Made by a program: the position numbers and the translations under genes
Notes under the pieces: generated by a model
Seen by the model: only the letters and a program-made list of their open reading frames with translations
What the model was told of the DNA's origin: nothing
Databases searched by the model: none
Shown here: piece by piece, positions 27,055 through 36,600 of the stretch
How the letters are laid out: each line of letters begins with the position of its first letter
How positions within the stretch are numbered: position 1 is the first letter of the stretch
Origin: Dimorphilus gyrociliatus
Lineage: Eukaryota; Animalia; Annelida
Assembly (NCBI GenBank): GCA_904063045.1
Contig: CAJFCJ010000010.1
Span: 1 to 64,000, forward strand
Length of the DNA stretch: 64,000 nt
Reading direction: 5' to 3'

Positions 27055-29565
27055 TTACGATTGGCTTCTTGGCCTCTTACTTTGCCTATCTGACAGATAT
27101 GTTTCAGAAGCGCTCATTTTCCTCTTCCAAACGTCTCTACTTACCAATGCCGTCATGGATAGCCATATTCCAATGCATACGTTAGCTAATATGTTAACAA
27201 TTGTTATCGCATCGTGATCTACATAGGCCGAAATGAACATTGCAAACCAAGAGATTCCAAAAAAGATTGATAGTTTAGTAAATATTATGACTTGCGATTT
27301 CATTGATGTTTTTGAATTTGCCGGTGAATTCTTTAGCATTATATGCAAATTACGTATTGTCGTTACTAACATGCCCGTATTTATTAATAATAGTATAACG
27401 ATTGGTAAAATTAATAGAATGACCTGACCAAAAAATCCATAAATCCAGCATCTATCTTTATATTCACTTTTATTTTGATCAATTCCATAAATAGCATCTT
27501 CCGGTTTTGTTATTGCAAGAGTAATGCTAACGATAACTGGTAGACAAGCTAATCCCCATGCTAAGAGAAAAAACTTCCACACTTGTAGATCGGAGAATTT
27601 TGATAAATCTATCATACTTTTTTCGCGAAACTTAAAGAACATATCAATAGCTAAGATACTTTGCCAAGACATTGAAGAAATCATTGAAAGATGACCCAAA
27701 ACTGCAATAGAACGACAAACCCAAATCCACGATGTTAATAGGGGAGAAAGGAGAATTGAAGTTTGCCAAATAAATATAGCCAATGCCAAATTCCATTGAA
27801 TCCACATACCTTTTGTTCTTAATTTCGGTAGAAAGCAAGGAACAATCAATCGCACAAGCAATGAAACTAATGATAAAGAGTTGCAAACTAAACCGAATAG
27901 ACCGACAATATCTATTTTACTGTCATCATTTTCTTCTACCGTCATTGACGGAAAAGTTAACTCTTCTCTACAGAAGTATGTAGTATTATCCTTTGTAAAT
28001 TGATTGAATGATTTTGATAAATATTTAGGTTTGTCACCTATAAATTCTATGTAATTTTCGCACATCATACCCAAAGTTATTGTGTACTTTTGCAGTTTAT
28101 TTTTCACCTCTCTAATATTGCTTAAAGATGTGGTACTGCTATTAATAGTTTCCGAAATGTTAATAAGAATTGAATTGTTGCATTCAAGATATCTTGGAAT
28201 TATTAAATAGCTAGTACAGTTTGTTGTATTATTCCCATTTGTATAGAAATTGTCAGCAATATCATAACAGTTTTCAGTAGATTTTACTGGTTTTAAAGTT
28301 ATTTTTAAATCATTCAATAATGTTGATATTTCTAAAAAAGTATCTTGAATTAAGATATCAAATTGATTTTGGAGATTTTCTTTCGAAATCGATTCCAATT
28401 TTGTTAAATTCAATTGAAAAGTTATTGTAAAAGAACAAATATTCGGTTTTAGTAAATCGTAAAGTGCATGTTTCTTTATAATTTTCCGACAAGCCTTATC
28501 AGCAGATATATAAGCATAATTTTCTGGACAAGTTTCGCTGCTATCGCTGTTTTCTCTATTATCATTTTCTCTTTTGATCTCTTCAAAGAGAAAATTGTAT
28601 CTGTAGGTTTTTAAAAATTTGTCTGTAATGCTAAAACCAGACAAACATCCGTAATGGGAGTCTTCTCCATTGTTGCAAAAATAACAATACTTATTCTTAT
28701 AGTATCTTATTATTCCACTATCGTTAAACTGTACAACTGAATGGTAAGATCTGCATAGAATATACCAAGCCAGGTTTGGACAATTGCTAGGACATGTATC
28801 AATGAGATCTTTAATGCACTGTTTAACATCGCCCTTCGCTTCTATAACTAAATTAACTTTTGCTAACTTGGAGCTATATAAATATTTAATATCGTCCAAA
28901 GTATAATTCGGCCGAGGTTCGGCTTCATTATCGTATTCAACAAAAGCTTCAAAATTAAAAGGTGTTATGTTAAAAACACTATTACAAAAAGCACATTTAT
29001 CATTTCTATAAGGTAAAATATCCATTTCATTTCCCAGAACAGGAATTTCATCTAAAAGCCTTTTCGCATCCAAACTGCATTCATCACCATTGGAACATTT
29101 TGTAACCATCCAGTAACTATAATCGGAAATCTTTTCGCACGTATAACGATCTTTATATATTTCAAAATATCGTTCGTAGTCGAAACTATCAGATTCTTTA
29201 TTGCAGTATTTATGCGCATCGAAACAACAATCGTTGAACTTTTCACAATATTTATCGCAAGCACATGCCTGGTCACTTGGACTGGGAAAAACACAGCGAA
29301 GGATATTATATAAAGCAAGAAAAAGTTACATTACTTACAACTTCTTACCGCAAAATACAAATTGACAGGAACGAAAACCGCATTCATAATGAAGTATAGT
29401 ATGATCTAAACACTGCTGATTATCATTACCTAAATAGTTGTCATGGTCTGATGGAGAATATTGTCTTGAACCATCCAACGAATCGTTAAAAGCGTAAACA
29501 TAGCCAAACTTTACTCGTAAATATAGAGAGAAGTAAAAGATTAATTTACTAGCCAAGTGTAGCAT
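27055..29565 (-). CDS. SMB-domain class B-like 7TM receptor, copy C; exons 29565-29339, 29281-27055
   Basis: Phase-2 intron after VFCGKK, CACDKYCEKFNDCCFDA, YRNDKCAFCN and YKNKYCYFCN, 7TM with CWI. Confidence 0.85.
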
Positions 29566-30064
29566 GATTTGCGATATAGACTAAAAAGACGCTATAATTT
29601 ATGAAGATGTATGTGACTAATTTCAATAACGCTGGTTTGAAATGTTTGAAAATAATTTATGCTGGCATCTAAATTACTCTATTCACTTTTTAACAATAAA
29701 GCTTGTTAAGGGTTTTTCTTTTATTAAAAGTGTTACAAAGTGAAAGAAATATTAAAAAAATGTGAATATATAGTGCATACTGTATATATAAAACAACATA
29801 TTAATAGCCAATCTGTTGTCACCAGAAATCCTATTGGAATACGTAGGGTATTTCATCAATATTTCTCGTTATTTTAATTTAGTTTAAACGTATCCATCTC
29901 CAAAAGATAACCCGGTTTAACCATCAAAAAGGGTTATCAATATTTTTAATAATTTCTCTTATAGTAATTAACGCTTAAGAATAGACTTTTTTTTGTATAT
30001 CAGTTCAGCTGGAAAGGCATTAGTGTTAATGTATAGAAATCGAATCATTCTTCCTAGAAGAAGC

Positions 30065-32419
30065 TTATTTGATAGTATATGTTGTAGATGGATTTCTTGA
30101 TGTAGACGAAGTTTTAAAACTATATACTGATACTACCAACCAAACGCCTTGTAGAGAATTAATTATAATATTACAAAATATTATTACATCGTGATTGATC
30201 AAAGAACTTAAAAAGCTAAGTATCCATGACAACCCTAAAAGTATAGATAGTTTTACATATATCATTATCTCCTTGCTATTTTTCACCTTTGCTCCAGGTG
30301 AGTTTTTAAATAATTTATTCATATTAAAAATAGTTATTCCCAAGAGAATGCAATTGATTGTCCATATTGTGAAAAAAGGTATAATAACTAGGCCTATTTG
30401 CCCCGTAAATCCACTAATCCAGCAATTTCCTCTACTTTCACTGCCGTAGAATACCTTTCCTTTTCCTTTTAAATCAAGGTTATGTAAAAGAATTCCCGCC
30501 GCAACAAATAAGAAGGAAAAGAGGTAAACGAAAATTGCTATTTTCCAAACTTTGCATGAACTAAACCAACTCTTTTGTAGTAATGATTTTTCTCTAAAAT
30601 TTAAAAACAAATCGACCGCAATGACATTCTGCCAAACTATTACTGACAGAAGCAATAGGTGACCGGATGAGGCAACTATTTGACAAAGTAATTTCCAGTC
30701 ACGAACGAATACTGAACATATAGTGCAAAACAACCATAAAAATAGAGCCAAAGCTAAGTTCCATTGTAGCCCACTTCCTCTCTTCTGAATGGAACGTTTA
30801 TAAATAGAAGCTATTAAGAAAAATATGAGAGCAAGTTCGGATAAAATCAAGCAACACAATCCAATAATCGTTAAATAATCAAATTTATTGTCATTCTCTT
30901 TTGCATCTCTTCGTATTTTGTCTAATACTTCAGACTTGCAGACATAAGTATTATTACTGGCATAAAACGACTGATTATACTGCGAAGTCAATTGCCTATC
31001 CTTATATTCTACGTATTCAGAGCACATTGTCTCTTCTAGTTTTTTTCTCATTTCGTCATCTTCGGACACAACAGGAGAAATGCTCAAAGTAATATTAACA
31101 TGGCTTAGTTCAATAATATCGTCATATGATGTGTAATAACCACGACAGAATTTTAACAGTCCTTGATCAACGTAAATCTTGACGTGAAGAGAACAATAGG
31201 ACGTTGAATCAGAAGTAAAATTCTTGAAATGAAATGTGAAATGTTTAAATGAAATTATCTCATTCTTAATTTCATTTTCTACATATTCAAATATGATTTT
31301 TCTATCATTTTCATTATTATTCAAAGAACTACAATAATCCGTATACTCTTCACTAACAGTACTAACTTGGAGAAGACAAATTTTAGGTATTATCTTATCA
31401 ATTAAGGCAATTTTAGATATAACGTATTTGCAATCGTTGTCAATTTCAAAGAAGATTTCACCATCATCGCATTCCTTACTATCAGAATTCAATAGAATGT
31501 TAAACATAAAGTCATATCTGAACCCTAGAGTAGGACTAGAAGGTAAAATTTCACTTAAATCGCAATCTGCCAAAGCAAATATAGGTTGAAGACTTTGGCA
31601 TATAAAACAATACGGATTTCTAAAAACATGCTTTCGATGAGAGATAAGCATTTGAAATGTTCCGCAAGAATCCTTTAATCTATTATTTGAACAATTTAAA
31701 CATTCCATTCTAGTTCTGCATTGAGTTATTTCTGGAAAGTATATATTAAAACTGATATCCTTAAGTTTATTTTTAAAGAGAAAATTCAAATCTGACCAAG
31801 AGTAATTTCGATTTCTAATTTCCTTTCGATTAAAGAGTTCAATTTTAAATTCTAATAAATCAATATCCTTAATTCCATTGCAAAGGGCGCAATCATAATT
31901 CAAAAAAAGTAATGGTCTTGTAAAATTATAGACAACTGGTATATAATCAATAATTTTTCTATGAGAGGGACAATTAATTAGATTGGAGCATTTTGTTACC
32001 ATTGGAAAATGTTTTCTTTCGGTTTCATAACATTCTGTTACATTAAGATATTTCTTATTTTCATTTGAGTAGGCAGTTCTTGATATATTTGGACAAGTTT
32101 GATTGAAATCTATGCAACATCTATAGCCGTATATACAATCAATGTCGCAAGAGCAGAATTGAGAGCTATAGTTGAGATGGAAAACATAAGATACAACGTA
32201 AAGGAAAAATGGATAGAAAATAATAGCAAAGAGAGAGAGAGAGAGAACCAACCTCTTACCGCATCCTATATCAACGCAAGTTGATTTATAACAAGGATAT
32301 ATTCCTGGAAGTTTTTGTTGGTTGTTACATACATCACTCCTAAAATATAGCTTATCAAATTGAGATTCAGTACAATAGATAGGCAGGAGGAGAAAAAGAT
32401 TGAGAAATATTGGAATCAT
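30065..32419 (-). CDS. SMB-domain class B-like 7TM receptor, copy D; exons 32419-32253, 32165-30065
   Basis: Signal peptide, phase-2 intron after IGCGK (87 nt, read through by the ORF track), CSCDIDCIYGYRCCIDF, 7TM with CWI and NSLQG. Ectodomain most similar to copy A. Confidence 0.87.
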   Translation of the reverse strand: MIPIFLNLFLLLPIYCTESQFDKLYFRSDVCNNQQKLPGIYPCYKSTCVDIGCGKRLVLSLSLFAIIFYPFFLYVVSYVFHLNYSSQFCSCDIDCIYGYRCCIDFNQTCPNISRTAYSNENKKYLNVTECYETERKHFPMVTKCSNLINCPSHRKIIDYIPVVYNFTRPLLFLNYDCALCNGIKDIDLLEFKIELFNRKEIRNRNYSWSDLNFLFKNKLKDISFNIYFPEITQCRTRMECLNCSNNRLKDSCGTFQMLISHRKHVFRNPYCFICQSLQPIFALADCDLSEILPSSPTLGFRYDFMFNILLNSDSKECDDGEIFFEIDNDCKYVISKIALIDKIIPKICLLQVSTVSEEYTDYCSSLNNNENDRKIIFEYVENEIKNEIISFKHFTFHFKNFTSDSTSYCSLHVKIYVDQGLLKFCRGYYTSYDDIIELSHVNITLSISPVVSEDDEMRKKLEETMCSEYVEYKDRQLTSQYNQSFYASNNTYVCKSEVLDKIRRDAKENDNKFDYLTIIGLCCLILSELALIFFLIASIYKRSIQKRGSGLQWNLALALFLWLFCTICSVFVRDWKLLCQIVASSGHLLLLSVIVWQNVIAVDLFLNFREKSLLQKSWFSSCKVWKIAIFVYLFSFLFVAAGILLHNLDLKGKGKVFYGSESRGNCWISGFTGQIGLVIIPFFTIWTINCILLGITIFNMNKLFKNSPGAKVKNSKEIMIYVKLSILLGLSWILSFLSSLINHDVIIFCNIIINSLQGVWLVVSVYSFKTSSTSRNPSTTYTIK

Positions 32420-33677
32420 TTGACGGGAATCAGTTAAGTAGAAATGTCAAATGAGTGAATTATTTTATTACAATAAATTAATATGAATATGTGAAATGTT
32501 TGCTCTATGCAGTACAATTACTAATTAAGCAGTTAACATATGTGACTATTATGCATTTAGCATGGGTCTGGGAAACGAAAAATATTATAAATAATTTAAA
32601 GCAGATATAAGCAAATCAATTAATTAATTAACAAGTTAATATTATTATCGACTATAAGAAATATTATAAATATAAATAATATATATATTTAAATGTTATA
32701 CATTTGTATCTATGATAGATATGAGTGCATATTTCTTTTATAACGATAATTTCAATAGATTCTGTTTAACTGTTATGCCATTACTTTCCCTTTAGAAATT
32801 CGTTCTCAAGGTCGTAATTATTCAAAAGTAGTAAATTATTTTCTATGCATATTTTTCAACAGAGACAAACATTTCTACTTTATAATCATAATATTAGTAT
32901 GTGCTGTTACTTCCCTTTCTATACACAAAATCTTACAACGATATTTATTCGCTAATATTAGATGCTAGGTCTATAAAAGTTAAATTAAACAAAAAGGATA
33001 AAGACTATCTAAAAAGTTTTTCTGATTTTAGACATAGGTAATAAATGCAAAGGTGTGATAACTTGGCTTATGGAAGCATAAATGATGCTTTCGTTAGGCT
33101 GGTTCGCTACTCCTCTTTACATTTAGGTAGCGCATTTTCAAAAACAATTATACGCCATATTAATTTTCTATTAGTCAGTGATTTCCGTTCTATATTATCG
33201 TTCGCTTTTTTAAGCCAAAATAAACATACTGAGGATATATATGTTAAACTAATTATTGGATACAAATCATAAATGGATTCTCTTCTAGGTAGTCTTTTAA
33301 AAAAATTTACAGCTAATTCTACTTCTTTTTAAAATTACACTACTTGTTTACAGATCATTTCTAGGTTAGAAATTCTTTAAATGCTCTATTACCTGTATAA
33401 TCTGATCTTGTGCCTAAACGTAAAGGGAATACGAAAAAGCTCATAAGCGAAGCATTGTGCGTATAATATACTTCACATAACGTATTTGAAATTTTCACTT
33501 AACGTTATTATCCAAAGGACTCGAAATATTTGAAAATTAAATCCAGCTCTATAATTAACTGATTAAAAATTTTCTCTTTATGTTATTAAACTTGGTGAAA
33601 ATTTTTTAAAAATTTATAAATTCAATTATTTATTCATCTACTTCTACATTGGAAATAAGGATAATACTATCAAAATC

Positions 33678-36600
33678 ATGCATTCGTCAAGCTCTTCGAA
33701 ATTTTCATTACTTAAAATTGAAGGATCGAAAGTAATCTGCAATGTTTGTAAATATGAGAGTACGAACTATCACGAATATATGAATCACTTTTACCACACA
33801 AAGCATCAGCAAAACTTTCATCAAGGATTAAATGTTCTTCTATCAGACATTTGTCAAAGTTGTCATTCAGATAGCTCGTACAATGATGAGTACCCATGTA
33901 AAGCTATGCAACCGATTGCTAATTATATAAAAAGAACAATGAAAAACAACAATGTGCCCATAAATAATGATCGCCTAAGAAATCCACTGCAATCGTCTGT
34001 TAGACATCAATCGCAAAGCCATGTGAGTACACCCGTATTTAGAAAGGAAGTAATTGTTATAAAACCGAAGCCAGAACTTTTGAGAAGCGATGTGCAACAC
34101 ACTGCTATCGAGCCCCCAAAACAAGTTCAAAATACCAGTAGAATTCCGAGAAAAGAGTCTCAGCCGAGGCAAAAAGAACCTGAACAACATTCAAAGGAAA
34201 CAAATAACAGAGTAGAGGTTGCAGTAAATGTATCGCAACCATGTAATCTGTCCAAAACTAGTAAAACTTCAAGAACAAATGTTCAACGAATACCTAATAG
34301 ACCAGCAGATTTCGAAAAAAGGCCCATAAATATACCATTAGAGGAAGTAAGTCAAACTACATCATTTACAGAACCCAGAGATCCTAGAAGGCGTGTTCAA
34401 GAATCTCATAAAAGTACAGAGAATTTAAGAGACAACTCCAAAGAAATACCCACTGGACAAAAAGAATCTGAAAAAAGGCCTAGAGAGACAAGCAAGAGAT
34501 CTGAACTTATGAGAAATATACAAAAAACGTTTGCTGAACCTATAGATCCCAGGAAATTTATTCAAAATACCAGTAGAAAAACAGAAATGTTAAGAGTAGA
34601 TCCTAAACTAGTACAATCTAGACAAGGAGCACCCAATAAGACTTTAGGAGTATCAAAGACAAATTTGCAACAAACGTCTATTTCACAAAAAGAACCTCAA
34701 GAAAGCGCCGATCAGTCTGATAAACAAGTAGCAACTCCAGAGAAGGACACGCAACAAATTTCCACCGAGCGCGAAAGACCTGAAAATACGGCGGCAGCTT
34801 CTGACAGTAACTTGGAAGTTTCAGGTCAGAAACCACAGCAAACAACTACACAAAGTAGTACTCCAGTATCTGCCGTACCCGAAGGACTGAAAAATCTCCC
34901 TAAAAATTTATCACCAAGCAAAATCGATATGAAACAGAAGAGACTCGAAAATAGCATAGAAAAGATTGGAAGAAAAGTAACGTCGTGCCTTAAAGAAGGT
35001 CAAGTCGCAAAAGCGAAAAAACCATCTTTGGCAGATGAACTTAATAAAGAAGTTAATACCATTACAAAACAAACTTTATTAAAAGTTAAGAAGGAGAAGT
35101 CTATTTTAGGAGTTCTAGTAGCCAGTCCAAGCAAGACTGCAGAGCAGCGAACAGAACAGTCCAAAGAATTAGGGGCAAAAGTCGTTCAAAGTTCTTCGGT
35201 AAAGTGTCGTTACTGTTCGATTTTCCTAAAAAATATTGACGAATTAAAGGATCATTTTCATTTCACTCACAATGTAACACATACTGCAATCGATGGACTA
35301 TTAGCTAAAATGCATAATACACAACTATCCGAAATTGATACAGACAATGAAAAAGAGAGTACTGCAACAAGTAAGGCGAAAGATATGATGAAAAGTATAG
35401 AATCTGAAGAGATATCTACAAGCGATAAGGGGATTGCATCAAATGCTGAAAACTATCATCAGACTGAGAGTCTGGAACGTTCGATTTTGGATAGACCCGC
35501 AGCTGAATTTGAAACACATGATCCAAACAGATCCACGTTAGATACCGAAAAGCAAGATAAAGGAGAAAGTGTAGTTTTAAATAACCAAAGGACCAAATCT
35601 TCAATTGAAGTAAAACAAACATCCGCTAATAGTGAAATAAAGAACAATACGACAAGTGAAAAGAGTGTAGACTCTGATTGCAATCCACGAAATAACACCA
35701 CGAATATTAATAAATTAATAGAAACTGCAAACAATATTGATTCTGAAAAGGGTATAGTAAATGAGGAACAACATGTATCTTCTACATTCAATTCAAACAA
35801 TAGTTTATCTGGTGCTGAACTTCCAACAACTTATCTAAGTGAAAAGGATGTCGAATCTGCTATTCAAAAACGAAGTAGAGTAAAAAATACTGAGTCTGAA
35901 ATCGTTATGGAACAGGATATAGAAATTCAGAAGCAAGCTAATGCCAGAAATACTGAATCTGAAATCGTTACCGAACAGGGCTTGGAAATTCAAAAACGAA
36001 AGAGAATAAAAAATACTGAATCTGATATCGTAACAGAGCAATATGTAGACTTGGAAACACAACATACAAACAAAAATACTGAATCTGAACAGGATATAGA
36101 AATTCAAAAACAAGTTGTATCTAGTACTAATGAGTGTAATGATAAACCTTTGGCAACTGCAAATGATGAGCCATCTGAAACACAAACTAATGAACCTAAA
36201 CTCATTTCTGATTGTACAACAAATAAGCAACAAGCTGCATCTGACACATTCAGTTCAATCAGTGATATGGATCATGAACAGTCTACAGCAACTACTGTAG
36301 ATAGTAACAATTTAATATCTGGTATTGAACAGAAGGACAAATCCAAAAGTGCTGAACCTGATACTGAAACACGTGAGCAGATAGAAAATGCTACATGTAC
36401 AAACAATGCCACAAGGGAGAAAGACGTAGCATCTGATGCGTCAAAAGTAGGTGAAGTTGCTGTTATTGATAAAAAAGTCTCGTCTGAAGTTGAAAACCAA
36501 AATGATATCAATGATGGTACTCTTGATATTGAGAAACAAAGTGAAAATAATAGTTTGGAGTCTGAGATGAGCAAAGTAAGTGAAAAAGAGAGCGTATCTA

